From positions 32,001-96,000 of IMG/VR virus record IMGVR_UViG_3300045431_000601: DNA of 64,000 bases; one strand, 5' to 3'. Each line of letters begins with the position of its first letter. Positions within the stretch are counted from its first letter, which is position 1. The notes under the pieces are model-generated. The model ran no database searches and was not told the origin of the DNA. It saw only the letters and a list, made by a program, of their open reading frames with translations. A program made the translations under genes and the position numbers. The DNA is from a virus. Positions 53,728 to 63,998 of this stretch are shown piece by piece.

Positions 53728-56493
53728 TTATGCTCTACAATTTAAACATCCATCTGGCACAGTAAAAGAAACAATGGTATATTCTTTGCCTACTTTAGTA
53801 GGTGGTCCTATTTCTTTAAACCCAGGGCATGGCTTTCCTCCCACCGCGCAACCTTCGCAATACTCCTCGCTTGAAACACTTTGACCACAGGCGTATGCTG
53901 TTAATGCTCCTTTTGGAGCGTTTACGCAACCCCCAAGGCTATCAAAAACTTTACCTTGTAAAGAAGTGCCTTTTTTTAGGCAATAAGTTCCCGCGCCAAG
54001 CCGACCCCACCCTAGTTCAATATCTTCTGAACCCATAGGATCTTTCATAAACCATCCACAATAATCATCACATTTTCCCCCAGTCAAACTCACATAAGTA
54101 CCGTTATTACAAGTATATTCTCCACTAAAACATCCATATTTTCCAGAAAGATGCTGTGGGTATAGTCCAGGATATTGTTTCATGTATCTAGAAACTTCTG
54201 CTATAGTGTTTGCGCAGGCTTGTTTTTTGCTCGGACAAATATTGCTATTAAAATGCATTTTAACTTGTTCATAATTTTGAAAATATTGAATTCTAGAAGT
54301 TAATTTCCCTCCATCTAAACAACACCCTTGATTTTTTTCGATATCTATAACTGTATATGGGTGCTTAGGAAGCAATCTTGGTCTACACTCTTTAGAAGAA
54401 CAGCATCCTGGGCATGTTTCTGCGTTAGACTTACATATACCTGGCGGACAATAACAATAAGTGCATTTTATTGTTTGATCAAAATTCAAACATCTCTTAT
54501 CTTTTATCAAAAGCTCAGCGTCTCTACAACAATTACAAGGATCATCATCTGTCCCTCTCCAAAATTTTTCATCACCAGTTTTATAAACATAACCCATTGG
54601 GTCTAACCAACCCGCTTTGTATTCAAAATCATAACCTTTAGGATTACTATGATTATGTGTTAAATCTTCATTTATTGTCGGTATTGTGTTTCTAGGAAAA
54701 AGATCCCAGCAATCACAATTTTTTTTCTTTAAAAGAGTAATAACGTATAATTTACTATTTTTTATTATTTTGTACAAACCTGTTCCTATTTGGAACACCT
54801 TGTACCCATTTATAAAATCATTGTTTGTTTTTTTGTATTCTTTTTCCACAATCCATTCGTTAGCATCTATACCAAAAACGCTTGTTAAATTTGATTTTAA
54901 AATTAAAGTTATTTTTGCTAAAATTGTTTCATCTGAGGATAAATAATGTATGTTAAAATCTGGAAAATGAGTTTTCATTGAAAAAACAATTTTATTAATA
55001 TTAGAATTATAAATTTGTGACAATTCTACTAACTTTTCTTCAGAACTTCTATCAGGAACAGATACTTGTAGTTTTGCATAAAAATTATCTAGATGTTCGG
55101 TAATGCTAGGGGGCAGAACCAAAGCTAATGAAAAATTATCGTTTTCAATAAAACTATGTTCTGTACTGTTATACACATCATCAAAAGCAAGACTTGTTGG
55201 AAAGAATTTTAGATACTCCACATTAGGCTCTTTTTCTAAAGGTATAAAATTAAAATCTAAATCGAAGGAAGGATCAAACCTATAATCGTATTCACCATCA
55301 GCTTGAATTATTTCCCATCCTTTTATTGGAAACGTTTTTGGGTTGCTGGCGCCTAAGCTCCTTAAGAAAGGAACAATTTTAAAAAAAGGAGCATCTGTAT
55401 CTTCTGGGTCTGAAATAGCTATAATATTAGCTATTTCCCATCGATTTAGATTGTTTAAGCTATTGTAATATATTATATACCCTAGTACATTTCCGTCTGG
55501 TTCAGATAGGGTATGAGAGAAAGCAACATACTTATATTTTTTGTTTGTAACGGGATCAATCTCTCCCTCTTCCTCAAGAAGAGCTTCTTGCTTGCAGCTT
55601 TTTAAAATATCTTTGAAGAGAAAATGATAATCATTAATAATAATTTTATTAGTTAAAGCGAATTCTTTGTTTAAGATTTTAGAAGATATATCTCTTTTTA
55701 GCTCAACAGTGGCTGATGTGCCAGGTAAATGCACTTCTTGGTTTCCTTTTTGTACAGATAATGTATAAATTTTATTTATAGGATCTGTGCCAGAAGACGT
55801 AAGCGTAGAATCTTCTCCTTCTTTAAAAAATTCTATAGTTAGATCTCCTGCTTCAAGAATCTCTAAGTCCTCACCATTATAATCATACACGGTGCTTCCA
55901 ACTGATTGTGGCTGATGGCTTGGCGCTGTAGAAGTCGGGGTGGGTAATGGTAAAGATTCAAAAGTTTTAAAATAACAAATAATTTCTATATATTGAGGAA
56001 TACCGCAAGCTCCTACTAGCTCAATTTTTACTCTAATTAGATACAATTCGTTGGGGTTTAGATTAATCGGTTTTTTTATAATATAATTAAAATTAAAATC
56101 GTATTTAGATTCTCCACAAGAGCTAAGTCGCGTTAATTTTTTAATATTTATAGGCTGTAAAATATTTAGATCTATTGGCAATAAATTTGGATTTAATATT
56201 TGATCAGAGTTAGTATTATTTTTTATTTCAATAGATTTAGCGTCTGTTGTAGGCCCTCCTTGTAAAAAATATTTAATAGAATTAGAATAATTAGCTTTTG
56301 CAATCTCTACAAAAGAATTAGAGCTAATTACATCATTTCCACCGTTAAGAATTCCTTGTAAAGAAAAAGCTGTGTTGCTGGTATTTTTTATAATTAACGG
56401 ACTCCAAGAATTATTAATAATAAAGTTAGTTGTTCCAATTTTTCCGTGTTGAAAATTTACTCCACAGATTTCAAATGTAGCACAATTATTCAT
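53728..56493 (-). CDS. Large accessory protein with Cys-rich C-terminus
   Basis: 921 aa, PTPT linker, 30 Cys in roughly the last 335 aa. Confidence 0.7.
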   Translation of the reverse strand: MNNCATFEICGVNFQHGKIGTTNFIINNSWSPLIIKNTSNTAFSLQGILNGGNDVISSNSFVEIAKANYSNSIKYFLQGGPTTDAKSIEIKNNTNSDQILNPNLLPIDLNILQPINIKKLTRLSSCGESKYDFNFNYIIKKPINLNPNELYLIRVKIELVGACGIPQYIEIICYFKTFESLPLPTPTSTAPSHQPQSVGSTVYDYNGEDLEILEAGDLTIEFFKEGEDSTLTSSGTDPINKIYTLSVQKGNQEVHLPGTSATVELKRDISSKILNKEFALTNKIIINDYHFLFKDILKSCKQEALLEEEGEIDPVTNKKYKYVAFSHTLSEPDGNVLGYIIYYNSLNNLNRWEIANIIAISDPEDTDAPFFKIVPFLRSLGASNPKTFPIKGWEIIQADGEYDYRFDPSFDLDFNFIPLEKEPNVEYLKFFPTSLAFDDVYNSTEHSFIENDNFSLALVLPPSITEHLDNFYAKLQVSVPDRSSEEKLVELSQIYNSNINKIVFSMKTHFPDFNIHYLSSDETILAKITLILKSNLTSVFGIDANEWIVEKEYKKTNNDFINGYKVFQIGTGLYKIIKNSKLYVITLLKKKNCDCWDLFPRNTIPTINEDLTHNHSNPKGYDFEYKAGWLDPMGYVYKTGDEKFWRGTDDDPCNCCRDAELLIKDKRCLNFDQTIKCTYCYCPPGICKSNAETCPGCCSSKECRPRLLPKHPYTVIDIEKNQGCCLDGGKLTSRIQYFQNYEQVKMHFNSNICPSKKQACANTIAEVSRYMKQYPGLYPQHLSGKYGCFSGEYTCNNGTYVSLTGGKCDDYCGWFMKDPMGSEDIELGWGRLGAGTYCLKKGTSLQGKVFDSLGGCVNAPKGALTAYACGQSVSSEEYCEGCAVGGKPCPGFKEIGPPTKVGKEYTIVSFTVPDGCLNCRA

Positions 56494-56496
56494 TTT

Positions 56497-58077
56497 TTAA
56501 ATTAGCCTCGCTCTATTGGCGGGAGTTATTTTAATTTTTACGGGCTTAGGGTTTCCAACGTTAATAAATTTTTCTTTTAATTTTAAGGTTTTACCATTTG
56601 AACCCTGAACTTTAAAATTTGTTGGCATATTTAAAACTTCTAATTTTTGTTGCTTTTTTGATAAAGCTGGTACAATAACAATATATTTTGTTTCTCGCGA
56701 AGAAGTAAAATAACTTTGAGTTTCTGCCGCATCAGCCCCTACTTTGACTACACCGACTTTTTTAAGTATAAGTCTATTATTAATTAATTCAACTGGAGAG
56801 TCAGCTTGATTTATATAAAATTTTATAGATCCTCTACCAGCACCGTAAGGAGTAATATACGGAGTTATATCCAGGTCTTGTACGAAATTAAATTGATAAT
56901 AATTTTTATAATTCAAGATTTCTTGTTCTGGTATTAAACCTGCGGCATAACTTATATCTTTTAAAAAAATATCGTTTTCTGGCCAAATTAAAGACTGAGC
57001 AGCTTTGGCTACAGTAATCGTCCCTATTTGGATTTCGCTAGACACGGAGTGATCTTCGTCGGCATCCACTTTAATTACGACAGATTCTGTCCCTGCATTT
57101 TTTACAGAAATATACCCATAATTATCTCCTGGGGATTGATTCAAAGAAAGAATACTTGCTCCAGATTGAAAATAAGCTTTTCTTTTTTCTCCTGTATAGA
57201 CTACACCAATATTTTTTTCTCCGAGACTATAATTCTTATTATCAATAAATTTTATCATTTTAAGATCTCTTTTCATTTTAACGGGAATTATAAAATTATT
57301 TTTTACTAAGAATTTACCATTGCCTATATCCGTAGTCCCTCCTCCGTTATAACTTGGCATATACCAATAAAGTGGAGGAGTTTTTCTATTACTATTAAAA
57401 AGATTTTTGCCTTGAGCAAATTGAATAATTAGAGCAAAAGCGTTACGGAATACATTAGGAGAAATAACGGGGCCAAGAAGATGACACGTATATCCATTCT
57501 TTATATAAGAAGAGGCCCATTGATCATGCTGAGACTGTCCCCACACTCTAATCCCATCGTTTGGGTTAATGACTACTCCGCCTTTGCTACAGATAGACCC
57601 TCCATATTTGCTAAAATTATCAAGATCTGCTTCAAAATCTGTCGTAGTTTCAAATACGTTTTTAATAGAAGAAAGCCCTACGTTTATTTGATTTGGATCA
57701 AACATAAATATAACTGAGCTTTGTCCATTAGTAACATTCGTACGATATAGCCATCTATAGAATGGAAAAACGCCTGGTTTTTGTTTATAAATTTCCCAAT
57801 AAAAACTATAAGCATCTGCAGATATCCCCACTAATCTTAATCCGCCTCCAGTATATGAATCCTCATTATTAATCTTGACTGGCCATACAGGAGGAATTCC
57901 ATTAAAATTAGCGAAAGCTAAAGCTCCACCATCGGAATGTACAACAAAATCTTTTCTTTCTTGAATTATAAAATTCTGTGTTTGTCCAGTAAGCAGATTG
58001 GTTCTTGTCCATTGCGTCCATGATCCACCTAAACCTAAGGTTGGTTTGAGAGAAAATGTTTGGGCTTCGTTGTTCAT
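56497..58077 (-). CDS. Accessory protein with Ig-like repeats
   Basis: C-terminal G.V.V.A...Y and Q.L repeats shared with neighbouring genes. Confidence 0.55.
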   Translation of the reverse strand: MNNEAQTFSLKPTLGLGGSWTQWTRTNLLTGQTQNFIIQERKDFVVHSDGGALAFANFNGIPPVWPVKINNEDSYTGGGLRLVGISADAYSFYWEIYKQKPGVFPFYRWLYRTNVTNGQSSVIFMFDPNQINVGLSSIKNVFETTTDFEADLDNFSKYGGSICSKGGVVINPNDGIRVWGQSQHDQWASSYIKNGYTCHLLGPVISPNVFRNAFALIIQFAQGKNLFNSNRKTPPLYWYMPSYNGGGTTDIGNGKFLVKNNFIIPVKMKRDLKMIKFIDNKNYSLGEKNIGVVYTGEKRKAYFQSGASILSLNQSPGDNYGYISVKNAGTESVVIKVDADEDHSVSSEIQIGTITVAKAAQSLIWPENDIFLKDISYAAGLIPEQEILNYKNYYQFNFVQDLDITPYITPYGAGRGSIKFYINQADSPVELINNRLILKKVGVVKVGADAAETQSYFTSSRETKYIVIVPALSKKQQKLEVLNMPTNFKVQGSNGKTLKLKEKFINVGNPKPVKIKITPANRARLI

Positions 58078-58086
58078 AATTATATT

Positions 58087-58092
58087 TTACAC
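58087..58092 (-). promoter_or_regulatory. GTGTAA putative late promoter (doubles as Val-stop)
   Basis: AGTGTAAAATATAATTATGAA, identical to the copy at 63061-63081. Confidence 0.65.
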
Positions 58093-59190
58093 TTTATACG
58101 TAATATTTAAATTTATTGATTTTGAAATAGGATTAAGAAGATTATTCCCTGGATTACTAGCCGTTAAAATTACTTGTCCATTCTTTAAAATCATCCCCTG
58201 ATTGCCTCCAGAAATCATTAAAACTTCTGGATTGCTACTAGTATATGTTATTGGTAGATTTTGATCTGTTGTTTTAGGGAGATATATTATATTATTTATA
58301 TTATAAATTTTATTTCTAAAGAAAAAGTTATTTTGTAATGATGGGGAATCAAAAAAGCCCCAAGAAAATCCAGCAATGTCTTTAGCTCTAATATAATAAG
58401 TTTGTCCTCTTATAGCGTCGAAACTAATTGTAGTAAAAGGCTTATCAAACTCATTCAGTCTCTGCGTAAGAGATTGTCCAATATAAGTTAAGTAATCTCC
58501 TAGAAGATTTTCAAAAACATCATGATCTATACCTTGATTTTGATCTTTTTCTATAATTTTTTCAACATTAGAATTATATGCGCTTATTCTTCCATATTTT
58601 TTTCCTGGAGAGAGAATTATAGAAAAATAATACTTTCCACTTTTCGAGGGTTTAAAACTATACCACGCAGGCGCATCTAAATCAAGGTTAACTAATGTTG
58701 TACCAAAGTCTTTTTCTGGTAAAGGTTCAGAAGATAAAGCGTCAATATTTTTTAGTGCTTTACTTTTATATCTTATATATTCAACACCGGCTCCAATATG
58801 GGTATTGGTTGAATAGTCTGTGCATCCTTCGCATGTATATTCGACGTGCTCCTTTGGTAAGGTGTCTAATATATAATCATTTCTTAAATCAATTAACTCT
58901 AGATCGTTAGATAATTCAACAAAATTTTGTAGATTGTAATTTTGTTCAAAAAAAGGAGAAGAATTGTTATTAGATAGAAATAATTGATACGGTCTAAAAG
59001 AATCAGAGTTTGTTATTATAAATAATGGAGGTCCTCCTAAATATTTTTTATTATTCCAAACATATTCTTTATTACAAAATATTGTATGACAATATTCTAT
59101 ATTTTCACATAATGGATTTGTAATTTTGTCGCAGATATTATTTAAATATTTAAAATTATTAATCGGTATTAATTGCCAAATATAGTTCAT
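58087..59190 (-). CDS. Accessory protein with C-terminal Ig-like (Big2-like) domain
   Basis: LPITYTSSNPEVL..G..ILTAS.PGN. Confidence 0.6.
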   Translation of the reverse strand: MNYIWQLIPINNFKYLNNICDKITNPLCENIEYCHTIFCNKEYVWNNKKYLGGPPLFIITNSDSFRPYQLFLSNNNSSPFFEQNYNLQNFVELSNDLELIDLRNDYILDTLPKEHVEYTCEGCTDYSTNTHIGAGVEYIRYKSKALKNIDALSSEPLPEKDFGTTLVNLDLDAPAWYSFKPSKSGKYYFSIILSPGKKYGRISAYNSNVEKIIEKDQNQGIDHDVFENLLGDYLTYIGQSLTQRLNEFDKPFTTISFDAIRGQTYYIRAKDIAGFSWGFFDSPSLQNNFFFRNKIYNINNIIYLPKTTDQNLPITYTSSNPEVLMISGGNQGMILKNGQVILTASNPGNNLLNPISKSINLNITYKV

Positions 59191-62100
59191 AGATCTTCGT
59201 TCGTTTCAAATTTTGCACAAAAACTTTCTAAAGTTTTAGGAATAGAATTTATTTTAATAGATTTAATTTTATCCACAGGATACACGCTGTGAGACAATAA
59301 GATAGAGTCATCTATTTTTAAAAGGTTATCATCTTTTTCTTGATTAGTTGCTTCTTCATCTAAAACGGCAAGATTTCTATTTATATTTAGACAATTAACG
59401 CATACCGTAGATGATTCGGTACCAATATATTCTCCTGTAGAAGAGCATTTTGTCTCAATTTGATAATTAAAGCATTCATTTTCTAATGCACTAAATTTAT
59501 CTAATGAAATCTGTCTTATTTCTTGAGGCGCAAGACATGAATCTAGCATAACAACGTTTTTCTTTTCAGGAGTTAAACCATTCGAATACTTAATTCTTTG
59601 TCCTGCGCAGTTTTCAATCGATGTAGAAGAATTATTTTTAATAAAAATTTTACAATTACTTAACATCTTCTCTTTTTCTTCTTGAGAAGCTTTAATAAGC
59701 AAGCAGGGTTTACTGTCTTTAGGAACAAAAATTTTACAACAATAATGTAATTCTTCTGGCAAAGAAAGACTCTCTGCAAATTGATATGCCATATATTTAA
59801 TTTGAGGAACACAAGTATTTGTAATCGACCCTAAAGAGATATTAGAATAGATAATACATGAATCAATTATATTATTTTCGTTTATAAAACTTTCCGATAC
59901 TGCATAAGAAAGCTCTTCAGAAACAAGACTCTCTTTTAAACTTCCGCGCCAACGAATTAACATATAATTATTCAACTGATTGTTAATTTTAAAAATTTGA
60001 TCGGAAGCTGAAGCGCAACAATTAGAAGAGTTTTCTTCTGTGTTATTTATAATATTTTCTATAAAATTACGATTTATAAAATCACTATATAAATTATAAA
60101 GATTTTTATTAAGAATTTTTAAATTTTTATTAGATTTTAAGTATTCCGCATTAATTAATGCAAAACCTCCGTCATTATCGGAAAATGTAATGCTTTTTTG
60201 TACATAAAATGGTATTTGCAAACCCTGATAGTAATCAACTTTTAATTCATATAAGCCTGCGGGGTCAGTATTTAAACCTAGGTCATTAAAAAAATAATCA
60301 GAAGAGGGTATTTGGCCAGAGACTTCCAACGTTTTAACTGATGAGTTATTAATAGAAGTAATAATAGAAAAATATATATTTTCTGTTTTTTGATCCCAGG
60401 AAGAGTCTCCATCAACGGTTGCTTGTAATTTAATTAAAGGTTTATGTTGTAAAATATTTATATTAAATTTAACTAAACCGCTTGCATCTGGTCCAGAAAT
60501 TCTAGATATATTAACGCAATCTGAATCTAAGCTAGTCAAATTGATTTGTTTTTTAGAGCTAGATTTTATTTCAAATATAAAATTATCTCCCAAATTTTTT
60601 GGAGATATAGGATTATATAAAAGTTCTTGAATTTTATTTTCGATTATTTTAAGCCTAAAATGGGTAGAAGCAGAAGCCCACCTATCTGTTGCAAATTGTT
60701 CCAAAGAGATTACATATTCACCAATCTGATCGGAATTTACAACAATTTGTTTGCCATCAAATATATATATATTATTTGTATTAATTTCTTCTTCTTTTAA
60801 ACCAGAGTTCGGATTATAAGTATAAACTTTTAATCGGAAATCCGCAGAAGAATCACTTGTCATTTCAAGTACAGTTGAAATACCTTTTTTCGCTTGGACC
60901 TGAGGCGCTAAGGATATAATCTTATTAGCTTGCTCTGGTAATATAATTTTTTGGTTGTTAAAGTTTAGATATAGATTTGGTATAGCAGTTTTAATTTCTA
61001 ATGTTCTAAAAATCTCCAATGGCGCATAAATATCATTGCCAGGTACTTTTATGCTTAGCGTAACAATTCCAGGCTCTTTTAGTTCCCACCCTTTTGATGC
61101 TGAATCTGGATAAGCAACAAGAGGATTAGAGCTATTTAGAATTATTCCTGATGTCGTATTCCCCAAAGATATATTAAAATCTGTATAAAAATATCTTCTT
61201 GCTAAAGTTAAGATTTCTGGAAAATCTGTCATTGAATATGTCTGCGTTTTTCCTTGAGCAATTATATTCAATAAAATTGGTTCTGCAGTGCTATAAACAG
61301 TATCGCCTTGCTGGGTAATAAGAACTTGATATTGGCCAGTTGTTTTTATAAACAAACCATATTGATCCGTCAATGAATTATAGCCCCATTTTATAGGCGG
61401 AGAAAGTGGAGAGTTGAAACGTCTTGGGTCAGCCGCAGCCGTAAAACCTTCTTCTTCATAAAACGATCCTCCTTGACCGATTTTTATTGTTACGGGTAAT
61501 CCCGACGAAGTAGATATCGGTAAAGACACAAAATGTCCTAATCCACTAAAATTAGAGATATTTACTTCGATAGTATTATTAGTCCCGATTAGAGGATAAT
61601 GAAATACGATAATATTTGGTAATTTAGATTGTATTTCAAAAGACACAGAATATGGCCGCAAATTAAGATCCCCTTCCAAAGCCGCAGTAATTACAGCTTT
61701 ACCTTTACCAAAAAATATTAATTTATTGCCATCTTGTATTTTTGCTACATTAATATTAGAGCTAGTATATTGTATTAATTTTCCTTGCCTTGTTGTTCCG
61801 TCGTCCGAAAAGATTTGTCCATATTTAGGCAAAACGTATTCTCTACCAAAAACATAATCCGATTGAGTTGTGCTTAGTCCAACAATCTTTTGCTCTTCTG
61901 AAGCTATTTTTATTTCAACTATTTTTACTAAATTAGCTTCTATAGGGACATTAGCAAAGACTTTTTCTGGTGAATCAATTAAATAATATCCCTGTGGTCC
62001 ATTTTTTATTAGTTTTGGCGCAATAATTTTTGGTTTTAAAGTTCTCCCTTTTTCAATAAATTTAATTTTTACTGTTCCTTTATTTATAAAAGTCAAAGAA

Positions 62101-63065
62101 GGATTTTTTTGCAAATCCCCTTCTCTTTCAGAGACGAGATTCACTCCATCAACAACTGTCCATTTAATGTTAGACATCTCTAAAAAAGCTTGAGGAACAG
62201 TTTGGGCTTCAGTTTCCGTAGCCTGTATATTTAAGTAAGAAGGTAAAATTTCTGTAGTGATTAGATTTATCCTTCCTGGTCCACAACCCCCTCCGTAATT
62301 ACAAGGTCCAGTATTAAAACATCCTCCAGTAGTAGCGCATGGCAAATTACTAGGTTTAATAAAATCTTTTAAATTTATAGTAGAATTAATGTTTACAACT
62401 CTTGGCAGAGACTCTATTAATGAATAGTTTTTTTGATAATTATCATAATCATATACAGTATCATTTTCGGGTTGTATTTGATCAATTTTTTTATAATAAA
62501 TACTAATTTTTAAATTTCTTTGGTCACAAATTCTTTCAATATAGTTTTTATTACAGTAGTCTTGAGAGCCCGAACTAGCGCAGCCTTTATTCGGTATAGT
62601 CTGGCGAATTGATGGGTCATAAACCCATTCTCCGCAAGGGCAATCACAAAGTAATTCTAAACCTAAAGAGCTTTTAATATATTCGACGGGAGGTATGCCT
62701 GGACCCATGCGAGGAGTACCACCTACCCCTGAACCCCAATAATCATATTTTAAACTATTAAAACCAAAAAGCCCATAACTACCATTGCACTTGCAAGCGT
62801 CGCAACCAGCCCTTAATTTTGCTTTGTTGAGCAAATCTGTTATAGAATTAGCTTTATAAGGATATGGTCCAAGCGTCTTTAATAAAGAACCTGAGCACGT
62901 CCATTCTTCGCTGCAACTAGACGTCCAACTTCTCGGCATTTCTTCTACGACATAAACCACAAGATAATCTGGATTAGAAAGCTCTAAAGGGAATGTCTGG
63001 TCGTAATAATTAAGCGTTGAACCCTTAGGCTCTAATCCTTTTGCTTCTTGACAACCTGAATTCAT
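59187..63065 (-). CDS. Large accessory virion protein with tandem Ig-like (Big2-like) repeats and Cys-rich termini
   Basis: Repeats YTSSNINVAKI..GKGKAVITA..GD, SSGLPVTI..ITQQGD..Y, SSNPLVA..GIVTLSI..GN. Confidence 0.65.
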   Translation of the reverse strand: MNSGCQEAKGLEPKGSTLNYYDQTFPLELSNPDYLVVYVVEEMPRSWTSSCSEEWTCSGSLLKTLGPYPYKANSITDLLNKAKLRAGCDACKCNGSYGLFGFNSLKYDYWGSGVGGTPRMGPGIPPVEYIKSSLGLELLCDCPCGEWVYDPSIRQTIPNKGCASSGSQDYCNKNYIERICDQRNLKISIYYKKIDQIQPENDTVYDYDNYQKNYSLIESLPRVVNINSTINLKDFIKPSNLPCATTGGCFNTGPCNYGGGCGPGRINLITTEILPSYLNIQATETEAQTVPQAFLEMSNIKWTVVDGVNLVSEREGDLQKNPSLTFINKGTVKIKFIEKGRTLKPKIIAPKLIKNGPQGYYLIDSPEKVFANVPIEANLVKIVEIKIASEEQKIVGLSTTQSDYVFGREYVLPKYGQIFSDDGTTRQGKLIQYTSSNINVAKIQDGNKLIFFGKGKAVITAALEGDLNLRPYSVSFEIQSKLPNIIVFHYPLIGTNNTIEVNISNFSGLGHFVSLPISTSSGLPVTIKIGQGGSFYEEEGFTAAADPRRFNSPLSPPIKWGYNSLTDQYGLFIKTTGQYQVLITQQGDTVYSTAEPILLNIIAQGKTQTYSMTDFPEILTLARRYFYTDFNISLGNTTSGIILNSSNPLVAYPDSASKGWELKEPGIVTLSIKVPGNDIYAPLEIFRTLEIKTAIPNLYLNFNNQKIILPEQANKIISLAPQVQAKKGISTVLEMTSDSSADFRLKVYTYNPNSGLKEEEINTNNIYIFDGKQIVVNSDQIGEYVISLEQFATDRWASASTHFRLKIIENKIQELLYNPISPKNLGDNFIFEIKSSSKKQINLTSLDSDCVNISRISGPDASGLVKFNINILQHKPLIKLQATVDGDSSWDQKTENIYFSIITSINNSSVKTLEVSGQIPSSDYFFNDLGLNTDPAGLYELKVDYYQGLQIPFYVQKSITFSDNDGGFALINAEYLKSNKNLKILNKNLYNLYSDFINRNFIENIINNTEENSSNCCASASDQIFKINNQLNNYMLIRWRGSLKESLVSEELSYAVSESFINENNIIDSCIIYSNISLGSITNTCVPQIKYMAYQFAESLSLPEELHYCCKIFVPKDSKPCLLIKASQEEKEKMLSNCKIFIKNNSSTSIENCAGQRIKYSNGLTPEKKNVVMLDSCLAPQEIRQISLDKFSALENECFNYQIETKCSSTGEYIGTESSTVCVNCLNINRNLAVLDEEATNQEKDDNLLKIDDSILLSHSVYPVDKIKSIKINSIPKTLESFCAKFETNEDL

Positions 63066-63074
63066 AATTATATT

Positions 63075-63080
63075 TTACAC
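63075..63080 (-). promoter_or_regulatory. GTGTAA putative late promoter
   Basis: 9 nt upstream of ATG 63065. Confidence 0.65.
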
Positions 63081-63089
63081 TCCATATTT

Positions 63090-63998
63090 TTATTCAGTTG
63101 TTGTAATTCTATAAAAGTTAGAGACATATGGAGCATATTCTGAATAAAAATTAAAATCTTGATTTATATTGCAAGCTACTATTGTTGGTGTAGGTGTTGG
63201 TGTAGGTGTTGGTGTAGGTGTTGGTGGAGAGTGACTAACTGGAGCCGAAATATATGCAGACAACTTAGGCCATGGCGGCTCCTGGTCTCGTTTCCAAGTA
63301 TACGTTTTAATAACTTCGTTAATTTTTCTAATTTCTGCATATCCAGGCGAGCTATTATACGGATCAGTAAAATTAACTTCAAACGTGCCACCAGGTATTA
63401 CTTCGTAAGTATATATTTTTAATATTCCTCCTGAAAAAAATTCAGGACTTTTAGTTGGAAAAATAACTGGAAAATTTGATAAATTTAATAATGGATCTCC
63501 GTATCTTACATAAAAACCTTGTTGAAGATTAGACATTAAAAAAGTTATTTCGGTTTTTGAAGGAATAGTAGACGTTGGAGTAGACGTTGGAGTAGACGTT
63601 GGAGTAGACGTTGGAGTAGACGTTGGAGTAGACGTTGGAGTAGGCGTTGGAGTAGGCGTTGGCGGCAGAATAAATTTATAATCAAATTTTGTATTTAAAA
63701 TTTTATTTCCATTATCTAATTTCCATCTTGCATCTTCCCATGGATTAGTTACATATCCAATAGGCGAATAAGATTCTAGTATTGAATTGTCTGCTGTAGA
63801 TATTTTTTTAAGCTGCCATCCAAAAGTTAAATTTTTAATAAAAAATACTTTTTCTTGAAGATTTGTTTGATTAGTTTTTTTAATAAAAACCTTAGAGTTG
63901 TCTCCCTGAATGGGCGACCAATCATAAAAGTAATCACCTGTTAGGCTGACTTCGTCTGGACTATGGGTAGTCGCTATGCTGTTAATATATATCGTTTT
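63090..63998 (-). CDS. 5'-truncated protein with Pro/Thr/Ser linkers; the 148-aa track ORF is only its C-terminal part
   Basis: The frame is open from 63998 (KTIYINSIATT...) through (PTPT)2(PTST)6 into MSNLQQ without a stop. Confidence 0.8.
   Translation of the reverse strand, partial: KTIYINSIATTHSPDEVSLTGDYFYDWSPIQGDNSKVFIKKTNQTNLQEKVFFIKNLTFGWQLKKISTADNSILESYSPIGYVTNPWEDARWKLDNGNKILNTKFDYKFILPPTPTPTPTPTSTPTSTPTSTPTSTPTSTPTSTIPSKTEITFLMSNLQQGFYVRYGDPLLNLSNFPVIFPTKSPEFFSGGILKIYTYEVIPGGTFEVNFTDPYNSSPGYAEIRKINEVIKTYTWKRDQEPPWPKLSAYISAPVSHSPPTPTPTPTPTPTPTIVACNINQDFNFYSEYAPYVSNFYRITTTE
63567..63662. repeat. 12-bp tandem repeat x8 encoding PT(S/P)T
   Basis: agtag(a/g)cgttgg repeated eight times; a second PT repeat lies at about 63184-63225. 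Confidence 0.92.

Noticed and set aside
63159-63422. Cys/Trp/Arg-repeat ORF (+) and His-rich HLHQ ORF (-)
   Set aside because: Alternative frames of the PT-linker repeat.
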